Source of the DNA: a candidate division FCPU426 bacterium
GTDB lineage: Bacteria > Oederibacteriota > Muellerivitia > Muellerivitales > Muellerivitaceae
Length of the DNA: 26,997 nt
Reading direction: 5' to 3'
Assembly (NCBI GenBank): GCA_963830915.1
Contig: CAWHOE010000009.1
Location: forward strand, 1-26,997
Positions 1-8,180 of the stretch are shown here, piece after piece. The notes beneath the pieces are model-generated. The model was not told the DNA's origin, did no database searches, and was given only the letters and a program-made list of their open reading frames with translations. The position numbers and the translations under genes were made by a program. Each line of letters begins with the position of its first letter. Position 1 is the first letter of the stretch.

Positions 1-864
1 GGGACGATCACGCCCCTCAATACCACTACGCCCAGCTCGACCGCCACTTCCACACCAACCTCCTCGAGTACGGCCAGCGAAACGATGACCCCTTCTCGCA
101 CGAATACCCCGACCATGACCTGCACCCAAACCTGGTCCCCGACCCTCACCTACACTCGAACGATCACATTTACCTTCACCCCCACGGTCACTCCCACGAA
201 CACCATGACTCCCACCCCGACCGGTTCGGCCACCCAGACCTACTCCCCGACCCCGAATTGCCAAGCGGAGATCGTCAAGATATTCGACTCGAGGGGGGAA
301 CTGGTCCGGACGATCTGCGGCGCCGATCCCTTTACCAACCCCGCGTCGATCGTTCTGGGTCTTTCGAATTTCATGCCGGATAAAAGCGGATTGGGCGGGC
401 AGGTCACGATCTATTTGAACGGGGTGGTCATCGCGGTCTGGGATGTGAAGGATTCAGCCGGGATATTGGTCCCCAACGGCTACTACCAGGTATTGGTGGA
501 ACAGAACAATCCGGGCGGGAACCAACTGAGCGTTTCCAAGGACATCTACGTGGGTCCCAATTTCCTAACCTCGGCGGCCCAACTGACCGCCTGGCCCAAT
601 GTGGCGCGTCCCGGAACGACGGTCCTTTTCACGGCGATGATCGAGGGGAACCTGGCGGGCGGGAAAAGCGTCATCAAGGTCTACGCCTTGACCGGCGAGC
701 TGGTGAACAGCCTTCCTATCTCCAATGGTCAGGCTCATTGGGACTTGAGCGATTCCTCCAAGGTGTCGGTCGCGTCGGGGCTTTACCTGGCGGTCCTGGA
801 TGGGATGGATACGGTCACGCAAACGCCGGTCCGTAAAATCGTGAAAGTTATCGTCCTGAAGTAA
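1..864 (+). CDS. 5'-truncated secreted/surface protein: Thr/Pro-rich linker followed by two FlgD-Ig-like C-terminal domains
   Basis: Frame 1 is open from base 1. TPT/TFT-rich repeats are followed by motifs 'VKIFDSRGELVRTI...WDVKDSAGILVPNGYY' and 'IKVYALTGELV...WDLSDSSKVSVASGLYL', typical of FlgD_ig-like domains. Confidence 0.75.
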   Translation, partial: GTITPLNTTTPSSTATSTPTSSSTASETMTPSRTNTPTMTCTQTWSPTLTYTRTITFTFTPTVTPTNTMTPTPTGSATQTYSPTPNCQAEIVKIFDSRGELVRTICGADPFTNPASIVLGLSNFMPDKSGLGGQVTIYLNGVVIAVWDVKDSAGILVPNGYYQVLVEQNNPGGNQLSVSKDIYVGPNFLTSAAQLTAWPNVARPGTTVLFTAMIEGNLAGGKSVIKVYALTGELVNSLPISNGQAHWDLSDSSKVSVASGLYLAVLDGMDTVTQTPVRKIVKVIVLK

Positions 865-944
865 GGGTTTTTCGCTGACGGAACGCCGATTTTCCATATC
901 CAGGCAGACAAGGTTCAGAATGTTTTGCTACCATGCTTCACATT

Positions 945-1992
945 ATGGAAATCGTACTTTTAAGACTCGACCGTATCGGTGATTTTATCCTTGGTGATCC
1001 CGGCCTACCGGGCCCTGCGCCAGAACTATCCCAATGACCGTATTTCCGTCATCGTTCCCTCCGAAGTGACCGAACTGGCCAAAGCCTGCCCCTATTTCGA
1101 CGAGGTTTACCTTTTCGACGCCCACTGGCTGAAGCCTGGGGCCAAGCCCCTGGCCCGCTGGCGTTCGGCCTGGCAGCTCATCAAATTCTTAAGAACCCTT
1201 TCCATCGACCTTCTGCTGAGTTTCCGCTATCAAAGCCGTCTGGACGCCGTGGTCGCGGGTCTGTCGGGCGCCAAACGGCGGGTCGGGTATAACCTGGGAT
1301 CGGCCAGCTGGGCCTTGAGCCAAAAGGTCGGTTTGCCGAACAAGGACCTGCACCAGGTGGACCGGAACCTGCACCTGCTCCAAGCCATCGGCGTCAACGC
1401 TTCCAGCCGCCAGTTGGAAATATGGATCGACGAGAGGGACAAAAAGACCGCCGAGGACCATCTGCCCAGCCAGGAGCTTTTGCCAGGAATCGCCCGCATC
1501 GGGGTCCATGTGGGGGCCGCCATGCCGTCCAAACGCTGGTCGGAAGACAGCTTCGCCGCCCTCATCCATGAGCTTCACGCCGCCACCCAGGCCGACATCA
1601 TCATCTTCGGCGGGGAAGCGGACCTTGGTTTTACCCACGAGGTGGTGGATGGGCTGGAATGCCCGGTGGTGAACCTGGTGGGGAAGCTCTCCCTTCTTCA
1701 AATGGCCGCCCTTATCCAGCAATGCAAGGTTTTCGTGGGCTGTGATTCCGGTTCGACCCATCTGGCCGCGGCCTGCGGGGTGCCGGTGGTGAGCCTTTTT
1801 TCCGCCGCCAACGAGGTGGAGGTCTGGAAACCCTGGGGGCCCAAAGTGAAAGTGATCACCCAACATCCGGATTGTTCCCCCTGCCATTCTTACCGCTGTA
1901 CCAGGGACGACGGGTATTTCTGCATGGCCGAGATCAAGGTGGATGACGTGGTCGTTGAAGTGAAGGCTTTGATGGAGGAACAACATCAGTAA
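945..1992 (+). CDS. Glycosyltransferase family 9 (ADP-heptose:LPS heptosyltransferase-like); +1 frameshift near 990-997
   Basis: ATG at 945 gives MEIVLLRLDRIGDFIL, the GT9 N-terminal motif. The protein continues in the 979 frame (IPAYRALR...KRW...GKLSL...VGCDSGSTHLAAACGVPVVSLF). Confidence 0.85.
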
Positions 1993-2014
1993 ATAGAAGT
2001 TTGGAGGAGCGCGT

Positions 2015-2401
2015 ATGAAAAAGTCCTACAAGATCGCCTTAGGTATCATCACCCCCTTGCCCATCCTGGCCATCATCCTGGGGATCGTCGCTTTCTTTGT
2101 CTATCTCATCCCCAACCTTCCGACGAAGGGTCAAGTTCCCACTCCCGATTTTCCTGTTCATATGATCGAGGGTATCGCCACCTTCTACGTCTTGATCATC
2201 GGCGCGGTCATCTTCGGCTTCCTCATCCACATCGCCTATTTCATCCACCTGGTCCGTACCGAACAGATCAACAAGGACAATAAGACCCTCTGGGTCGTCC
2301 TGTTCCTCATCTTCAACGTGTTGGCCATGATCGTCTATTGGTTCCTGGTGGTCTGGCCCGAGCCGGAGAAGCTCGGCAAGGCGAAAAAAACCCGAGAATA
2401 A
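2015..2401 (+). CDS. Small 3-TM membrane protein with PLDc_N-like C-terminal hairpin
   Basis: GGAGG RBS upstream; hydrophobic helices; 'NKTLWVVLFLIFNVLAMIVYW' resembles PLDc_N. Confidence 0.6.
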   Translation: MKKSYKIALGIITPLPILAIILGIVAFFVYLIPNLPTKGQVPTPDFPVHMIEGIATFYVLIIGAVIFGFLIHIAYFIHLVRTEQINKDNKTLWVVLFLIFNVLAMIVYWFLVVWPEPEKLGKAKKTRE

Positions 2402-2402
2402 A

Positions 2403-3791
2403 ATGAAATTTTTTCCGCGCGCCGTGATCTACGCCGTCCTGCTTTTGCTGGGCAGCGCCTTTTGGCGTTGGGTGCCTTCCTTGATGTTCTTGACCACCGG
2501 ATGGAAGATGAAGATCGTCGGGATGGGCAATCCGGATTACTCAAGTCCTTGGATCAAAGCGGCGGTCCTTATTTTCTTCACGGGAATGTGCGCCTTATTG
2601 TTCCGAAACCGCGAGGCGCGGAAAAACAGCGAGGAGTTCCTGTTGGCCGCTGGATTTTCCATCCTGTTCCTTTATTTAGGTTATACCCTGCTGAACTTCC
2701 AGGCTTATTTGCTGATGTTCAAGGGCCAGGGATTTCCCTTCGAGCCGGCCGCCTGGATATTCTGTGGGATCGGCGTTCTGTTCCTGTTGTTGCTCTTGAT
2801 CGCTCCCCGCCGGGGCGAATGGGCCTTGGCGGGGACCCTTTTATTCATTCTGATCTTGGCGCGGTTTACGGTCAGCGCCTTCCCATTGTTGGGTGGTTTC
2901 TCCGACATGCTTCTCACCTTGGAAGTCGGGGCAAGGGTCTTGCTCCAAGGTCATTCGCCCTATGGGACGCCATACATTCCGGGCTATGAAAACCAATGCT
3001 ATTACTTTCCCGGGCTTTGGCTGCCATTCCTGCCGGCCGTGGCGTTCAATATAGACCCCCGTTTTTTCGAGGCCATTTACACGGTGATCTTTGCCCTCGT
3101 GGTCTGGTTCAGCCTAAGGCCGCAAGACCGGCCTTTAGGGTCGTGGTTTCTGGTCCTTTTTCTATTGAACCCCTGGGTGCTGTTCCGACAGGAAGGTTAT
3201 CTATTCGCGTACCTTCTTTCTTGGGGGGCTTTTTACTTGGCGCTCTCCCGTGGCAAGAAGAGCGCTTCCGCTTTTTGTTTCGGTTGGGGGCTTTCGACGC
3301 ACCCTTTCAGTTGGGCGCTTCTGCCGGTTTGGGCGGCTTGGAACATCAAACGCAATGGTTGGAAAGAAGCCCGGAAAGACTTGTTAAGGGCCATGACGGT
3401 TGTGTCCGTGGTCGCCCTTCCATTCGTTCTTTGGGACCCCAAAGGCTTTTTCGATCTGGCTATCATGCATTGGGTCGGAAGCGGTCATATCGCGGTCGCG
3501 CAGGCAGGCCTGGCGGCTTGGCTGGCCCCTTTGCCGGGGTTATTGACCGCCGTGGCCGTGGCTTTGTTATGCGCGGGGGCTTGGGCGGTGTGGCGGGGAA
3601 ATGGCTCCATGGATTCCCTCTTCCGATGGTCGGCGCTTTCCTTGAGCCTGGCGCTTTTCGCCAGTTATCACGTCCAGCATTACTATTACTTCGTGCCTTT
3701 GGGGCTGTTGTTATTCCATGAGATGGCGTTACTTGGGAAACAAGGAAGCGAGACTAAGAATCTTGGGTCGCTTTGGGATGGCGCAAAGTGA
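2403..3791 (+). CDS. Polytopic membrane protein, probable GT-C-fold glycosyltransferase (GT87-like)
   Basis: Many TM segments; 'SDMLL...LLQGHSPY...YYFPGLWLPFLP' and 'LPFVLWDPKGFF' patterns. Confidence 0.6.
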   Translation: MKFFPRAVIYAVLLLLGSAFWRWVPSLMFLTTGWKMKIVGMGNPDYSSPWIKAAVLIFFTGMCALLFRNREARKNSEEFLLAAGFSILFLYLGYTLLNFQAYLLMFKGQGFPFEPAAWIFCGIGVLFLLLLLIAPRRGEWALAGTLLFILILARFTVSAFPLLGGFSDMLLTLEVGARVLLQGHSPYGTPYIPGYENQCYYFPGLWLPFLPAVAFNIDPRFFEAIYTVIFALVVWFSLRPQDRPLGSWFLVLFLLNPWVLFRQEGYLFAYLLSWGAFYLALSRGKKSASAFCFGWGLSTHPFSWALLPVWAAWNIKRNGWKEARKDLLRAMTVVSVVALPFVLWDPKGFFDLAIMHWVGSGHIAVAQAGLAAWLAPLPGLLTAVAVALLCAGAWAVWRGNGSMDSLFRWSALSLSLALFASYHVQHYYYFVPLGLLLFHEMALLGKQGSETKNLGSLWDGAK

Positions 3792-3808
3792 ATTGATGAG
3801 TGATTTAT

Positions 3809-3838
3809 TTGTCCACGACGGGGACCCGTTGTGGACAA
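3809..3838 (+). repeat. Palindromic inter-gene site 1 (TTGTCCACGAC-GGGGACCC-GTTGTGGACAA)
   Basis: Read directly from the sequence; the stem extends into flanking ATTTAT/ATAAAT. Confidence 0.95.
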
Positions 3839-3900
3839 AATAAATTGACCTATTTGCAACTATAACATGAAGCTCGATTTATCCTGAAAAGAGAGAAACG

Positions 3901-4416
3901 ATGACTCAAGAACCCGATTTTCAAGAATTGGTAAAGCGGATCGAGCGGATCGAACATAAATTAGGGATTGTCCCCCCTGATTCCCACGACGATGAATTAC
4001 TGGAAAGTCTCATGGCCATCCTAGATGGAAGAACTTTGCAGCAGGTTTTTCGAGAAATTGACTCGAAAGATTTGGCTTTGGCAATTGTCGGGTTTAAGGT
4101 CGAGACTTTAAAGCTCATCAAAAGCAATATATCCAAAAAAGGTTGGGAAATGCTTAAGGACGATATGATTTACCACACGAAATGGAATGGATCGGGCCAA
4201 TCTCATCACATTGCACGACTTAAAATAATGTTTGTAATTCAGCAATTGGAGGAAATGGGAGAAATAGTTGTGGTTAGGGGCGACCTCCCTATGTTTGATA
4301 ATAAAATTACTTTTGAAATTAAAGATTGGTTTAAAAATTTAGAGGATGAACGAAACAAGCGGATGAAAAATTTGGAAAAATGGAAAAAAGAGGTGTTTGA
4401 CCCACTGGATGATTAA
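3901..4416 (+). CDS. Stand-alone FliG C-terminal-domain-like protein
   Basis: 'LDGRTLQQVFREIDSKDLALAI...IKSNISKKGWEMLKDDM...IQQLEEMGEIVV' matches the FliG_C pattern from memory; the FliG N and M domains are absent. Confidence 0.7.
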   Translation: MTQEPDFQELVKRIERIEHKLGIVPPDSHDDELLESLMAILDGRTLQQVFREIDSKDLALAIVGFKVETLKLIKSNISKKGWEMLKDDMIYHTKWNGSGQSHHIARLKIMFVIQQLEEMGEIVVVRGDLPMFDNKITFEIKDWFKNLEDERNKRMKNLEKWKKEVFDPLDD

Positions 4417-4430
4417 AAAGTTTTGCGAGG

Positions 4431-4460
4431 TTGTCCACGACGGGGACCCATCGTGGACAG
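4431..4460 (+). repeat. Palindromic inter-gene site 2 (TTGTCCACGAC-GGGGACCC-ATCGTGGACAG)
   Basis: Read directly; 14 nt after the stop of 3901..4416. Confidence 0.95.
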
Positions 4461-4488
4461 GTTGGGATGAGTTAAAAAGGATCAAAGT

Positions 4489-4989
4489 ATGGGAACCCAA
4501 AAAACTAAAAATATGAACGATTCAATCGTGTTGCCCTGGACCATGGAAATGAATTGGTTTTATAAATGGAGCAGTACTATCACTTCTTTATTTTTGTTTT
4601 CAAATACAACATTTGATCTTTTAACAAAAAACCCATATGGCACAACGCCGGACGCGGCTTTCATTCCGATAACCGTTGGAATTGTGATTTTATTTGGAGT
4701 TATTCGTTCGGTCAGATGTTCGGAGGAAGGCATAACTATCACCCGGGGTTTCATATGGTCCAAATCGTCTTCTTGGAAAAATATTAATTTTGCTGAGATC
4801 AAAAATGCTGTTTTATATTACAGAGGTGTTCCATCGAGATACCTTATGCTGACTATTAAAACCAATGAAAAAAGGACAATTAAATTAAAATCCCACTTAT
4901 TCCGCTTAAAAGACATTGAAACATTAGCCGGTTTATTGAGGAAAAAAGCGACCCGGGCCGTTCTCCGACTTGACTATGATCCGATCTAA
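4489..4989 (+). CDS. Hypothetical 2-TM membrane protein with a bacterial PH-like domain
   Basis: Two TM helices followed by 'SEEGITITRGFIWSKSSSWKNI', typical of bPH-type domains; AT-rich. Confidence 0.55.
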   Translation: MGTQKTKNMNDSIVLPWTMEMNWFYKWSSTITSLFLFSNTTFDLLTKNPYGTTPDAAFIPITVGIVILFGVIRSVRCSEEGITITRGFIWSKSSSWKNINFAEIKNAVLYYRGVPSRYLMLTIKTNEKRTIKLKSHLFRLKDIETLAGLLRKKATRAVLRLDYDPI

Positions 4990-5017
4990 GGGAGTTTGTA
5001 GGGTAAAAGACATTTAG

Positions 5018-5094
5018 CTGTTCGCGACGGGGACCCCTTCGACGGGCTCAGGGCAAATTATATGTTGTTCAATCTGGGGACCCGTCGTGAATAA
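5018..5094 (+). repeat. Composite site 3: half-site 3a (core 5029-5036), a different REP-like hairpin (~5034-5056), and hybrid site 3b (5065-5094, core 5076-5083)
   Basis: CTGTTCGCGAC-GGGGACCC-CTTCGACGGGCTCAGGGCAAA...TTGTTCAATCT-GGGGACCC-GTCGTGAATAA. Confidence 0.85.
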
Positions 5095-5114
5095 TCAAAC
5101 TTTATGGTGAATTA

Positions 5115-5534
5115 ATGAAGATACTTATTTTGGCCTTTTGGTTCTCACTTAAGGGTTTTTGCTTTGCCCAGATTGCCGATCAGCCTAAACACATTAAACC
5201 CACGGACCCTATTGTTAAGACATTGCCTGGGTTAATAGGCACACCGGAAAATCTTATGGAGTTACATGTTAAAGACCAAAATTTATTAATCTGCCTTAGC
5301 GCAAATTCAAAAGACGTATTCAACTTTTCTATTTACGTTTATTTGGATGACGGCGGTGGCAAGTTTGAGTTGCTGTTCAAAAAAGATTTCAATGATAAAG
5401 ATATTGTGTCGAGAAGGGTGCCTCCTGAAGCGGATTGGGTAGAAACCGTAAAATTATCCAAAGATCGCACCATTCAATTGGTGGTTCACTTAACAAAGGG
5501 GCCAGGCCTACATATTACACTTTACAATAAATAA
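5115..5534 (+). CDS. Hypothetical secreted protein; its last ~13 codons come from the transposase left IR, so it is probably truncated by the insertion
   Basis: N-terminal signal-peptide-like segment; codons from ~5492 onward lie inside the 37-bp IR. Confidence 0.55.
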   Translation: MKILILAFWFSLKGFCFAQIADQPKHIKPTDPIVKTLPGLIGTPENLMELHVKDQNLLICLSANSKDVFNFSIYVYLDDGGGKFELLFKKDFNDKDIVSRRVPPEADWVETVKLSKDRTIQLVVHLTKGPGLHITLYNK

Positions 5535-6518
5535 AGGATCGGTAATATAGTTTTATGCCAAGACCAAAACGAATTCATTATGAAGGGGCTGTTTACCACG
5601 TCACTTCCCGCGGGAATGAACGGCGTAAGATCGTCATGGATGACGCTGATCGATGGATGTTTATAAGGCTATTAGGTGAAATGATCGAGGAGAACAAGGT
5701 CCTTTGCCATGCCTGGGTGTTGATGGACAATCACTATCATCTTTTGTTGGAAACGCCGGAAGCCAATTTATCCCTGGCCATGAAACACTTGAATTCCCTA
5801 TATACCCAACGATTCAACAAGAAACACCATCGGTCAGGTCATTTGTTCCAGGGGCGTTTTAAGGCGCTAGTCGTCGAAAAAGAAAGCTATTTGTTGGAAT
5901 TGTGCCGGTATGTGGTACTGAACCCGGTGAGAGCCAGGATGGTCAAAGCTCCGGGTGACTGGAAATGGAGCAGTTATCGTGCGACGGCCGGGATCGATAA
6001 GGCGGAGAAGTGGTTAGAAATCGATTGGATTTTGGGCCGATTTGGCAGGTTAGAAAAAGAGGCGCAAAAGAGTTATGTGAGCTTTGTAAGGGATGGTATA
6101 GGGAAAAAAGAATCGCCTTGGGAAGAATTGAGTTCGCGGGTATATCTGGGGAAGGAAGAGTTTTTAAACAAAGTGCATGAAATGGGGAGAAAACACCGGC
6201 ATTTAGATGTGCCGAAGTATCAGAAACACGTGGTTAAATCGGATCCTGAAGAGGTTCTCAAGAAGGTTGGGGCGGTTTATGGGGAAAAGCCTGAAGAAAT
6301 ATTGATATCAGGGCGAAGAAAAGCGGAGGCGAGAGAGGTGGCCATATATTTACTGAAGCGGGAGTCGGGACTAAGCTTAAAAGAGATCGGAAAAAGGATG
6401 GGAGTTGGTTTTTCGGCAGTGGGAAACCAATGGGCTAGGATCAAGGTGAAGGCGGCAAAAGACCGAGCCTTCGCGAAGCGGATTATAAAGTGTAAAATGT
6501 AGGCCTGGCCCCTTTGTT
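5492..6518 (+). mobile_element. HUH/Y1 (RAYT-like) transposase module bounded by 37-bp inverted repeats
   Basis: The left IR (5492-5528) AACAAAGGGGCCAGGCCTACATATTACACTTTACAAT matches the reverse complement of 6482-6518 at 35/37 positions. Confidence 0.85.
5555..6502 (+). CDS. REP-associated tyrosine transposase-like HUH endonuclease (Y1_Tnp) with C-terminal DnaA_C/TrpR-like HTH
   Basis: 'YHVTSRGNER', HUH motif 'LMDNHYHLL', 'GHLFQGRFKA', 'RYVVLNPVRA' (catalytic Tyr), 'WSSY'; C-terminal 'AREVAIYLLKRESGLSLKEIGKRMG'. Confidence 0.92.
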   Translation: MPRPKRIHYEGAVYHVTSRGNERRKIVMDDADRWMFIRLLGEMIEENKVLCHAWVLMDNHYHLLLETPEANLSLAMKHLNSLYTQRFNKKHHRSGHLFQGRFKALVVEKESYLLELCRYVVLNPVRARMVKAPGDWKWSSYRATAGIDKAEKWLEIDWILGRFGRLEKEAQKSYVSFVRDGIGKKESPWEELSSRVYLGKEEFLNKVHEMGRKHRHLDVPKYQKHVVKSDPEEVLKKVGAVYGEKPEEILISGRRKAEAREVAIYLLKRESGLSLKEIGKRMGVGFSAVGNQWARIKVKAAKDRAFAKRIIKCKM

Positions 6519-6686
6519 CCTTTGCCTGTTATAAGCGATTGGCGAAATTCTTTGGATCAAATAAATAATCAAACTTTTGTATTGCCGGGTTGTCCTTGAA
6601 AGAAAAGTTGACGGTAATCAATTTTATTGAGTCGTAATGAATGGAGCGAAGTGGAAGATAAAGTTTTTCAAAAGGACGGTCATTGA

Positions 6687-6875
6687 ATGAATTGGTTTAT
6701 AAATACTCGATGCACAAAATGTAAAACTGTGTATTCAAAAAACCTTTTAAAATGTCCGACTTGTGGAAGATTTAATTCTTATAATTGGGGTGGATTAATT
6801 CCTGTAATTGTTCCACTCCTCGTCATTATTTATGGCTTGATAAAATATTTAATTCGTTTTTTACAAAGTAACTGA
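6687..6875 (+). CDS. Small zinc-ribbon protein with C-terminal TM helix
   Basis: AAGGA RBS; CxxC-x10-CxxC (CTKC...CPTC) followed by a hydrophobic helix. Confidence 0.6.
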   Translation: MNWFINTRCTKCKTVYSKNLLKCPTCGRFNSYNWGGLIPVIVPLLVIIYGLIKYLIRFLQSN

Positions 6876-6906
6876 ACCTGCACATGGGTGTTTTAAAAAG
6901 GATGGT

Positions 6907-7128
6907 ATGCAACTTAATTCGGCCAGCACTACGATTTATGCCGTGGACTATTACAACTACCGTGAGGAATCTTTCTCCGCGACCGGTATTTATTTGGACC
7001 AATGGGGTAGTCAAGGCAGCGGAAATGGGAATTTATCAAATCCTTATGGAGTCGCCATCAATAATGCCGGTACCACGGTTTATGTCGCGGATAGCGGCAA
7101 TAACCGTATCGTGGAATTTGCGCCATAA
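6907..7128 (+). pseudogene. 3' remnant of an NHL-repeat beta-propeller gene
   Basis: 'WGSQGSGNGNLSNPYGVAINNAGTTVYVADSGNNRIVEF' is one full NHL blade plus part of another, too short for a propeller. Confidence 0.7.
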
Positions 7129-7131
7129 ACT

Positions 7132-7161
7132 TTGTCCACGATGGGGACCCGGATTGGACAA
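7132..7161 (+). repeat. Hybrid palindromic site 4 (TTGTCCACGAT-GGGGACCC-GGATTGGACAA)
   Basis: Read directly; the inner right arm does not pair with its own left arm. Confidence 0.9.
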
Positions 7162-7197
7162 AGGAAGTAGGGAAAACAGCTGAAAATAAATAGGGTC

Positions 7198-7455
7198 ATG
7201 ATGAAGATAAACATCAAAGCGTTTGGATTGGCTTGTGGTTTGTTGTGGGGTCTGGGAGTTTTAGGTCTGACTTGGTGGGTGATCCTTTTCGAGGGGTCAA
7301 CCCACGACCTGATGTTGCTTGGACACTTCTATCGTGGTTATGACATCAGTCCCGCCGGAAGTTTGATTGGGGCAGCTTATGGCCTGGTGGATGGCGGGGT
7401 GGGCGGTGTCGTTTTCGCCTGGCTTTATAACGTTCTCTGCGTCAGGTTCAAATGA
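7198..7455 (+). CDS. Small 2-TM membrane protein (family often annotated 'bacteriophage holin')
   Basis: 'KAFGLACGLLWGLG...FYRGYDISPAGSLIGAAYGLVDGGVGGVVFAWLYN' recognised from memory; holin function is not supported by context. Confidence 0.6.
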   Translation: MMKINIKAFGLACGLLWGLGVLGLTWWVILFEGSTHDLMLLGHFYRGYDISPAGSLIGAAYGLVDGGVGGVVFAWLYNVLCVRFK

Positions 7456-7474
7456 TCAGGGGTTGAGGAGCATA

Positions 7475-7504
7475 TTGTCCACGATGGGGACCCGTCGTGG
7501 ACAA
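7475..7504 (+). repeat. Palindromic inter-gene site 5 (TTGTCCACGAT-GGGGACCC-GTCGTGGACAA)
   Basis: Read directly. Confidence 0.95.
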
Positions 7505-7551
7505 CCCTTTTGGAAGTAATGTGATGGTAAGTAGTTGATTCGGAGTTCTAT

Positions 7552-8082
7552 ATGAACACTTCAGAGTTCAAAAAGCTATTTTATAACAAACCTCTTTTTT
7601 TAATTATTTATGCCTTGTTTTGTATGGTTCTATTTTTATCAATTTATTATTGGATGAGGTATTCAGTAAGCCCAGAGCAGGCTCGACTTTTAGCTCAAGT
7701 AAAAGATTTAGCAAAGGCACCAATTAAGTCTATTGTTGTCGAACAATACGAACTTTCTAACAAAAGCTTTAGAACAGAAATATCGAAATCGCCAGAAATA
7801 AAAGACGTACAAAGTTTTTTAATGAATGCAGATACGAAACCGGTTGTTGGCAGTCATGTATGGCCAATATATAAATGTACTTTAACTTTCGTTTTGAATG
7901 ATGGGAAGAATGTTAAATGCTTAGGGGAAGTTTTCTCTGACAAACAATCAGACTTGTACCTTTACAATAATTTTTCAAAGCTTTTAGATCATGGAACTTA
8001 TGTTGCAGGGGCTATGAAACCAGTTTATGTCGGCGGGTTTGGTAGTTGGCTTATCAATAAAGCGCCAAAAGGTAATATTTAA
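7552..8082 (+). CDS. Hypothetical protein with single N-terminal TM anchor
   Basis: GGAG RBS; one TM helix; very AT-rich; no recognised domain. Confidence 0.6.
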   Translation: MNTSEFKKLFYNKPLFLIIYALFCMVLFLSIYYWMRYSVSPEQARLLAQVKDLAKAPIKSIVVEQYELSNKSFRTEISKSPEIKDVQSFLMNADTKPVVGSHVWPIYKCTLTFVLNDGKNVKCLGEVFSDKQSDLYLYNNFSKLLDHGTYVAGAMKPVYVGGFGSWLINKAPKGNI

Positions 8083-8108
8083 TAATTGGTTTGGTGATGC
8101 GTTTAATG

Positions 8109-8138
8109 TTGTCCACGACGGGGACCCATCGTGGACCG
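8109..8138 (+). repeat. Palindromic inter-gene site 6 (TTGTCCACGAC-GGGGACCC-ATCGTGGACCG)
   Basis: Read directly. Confidence 0.95.
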
Positions 8139-8180
8139 GTTTTCAGCTGAAACACTAGTTATAAAGGTTAAAATCGATCT

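Noticed and set aside
5521..5551. Sigma70 promoter in the left IR (TTTACA...TAATAT/TATAGT)
   Set aside because: Spacing is 16 or 19 nt in AT-rich DNA; too weak to call without transcript data.
7198..7455. Prophage remnant based on the holin-like gene
   Set aside because: No endolysin, structural or replication phage genes nearby.
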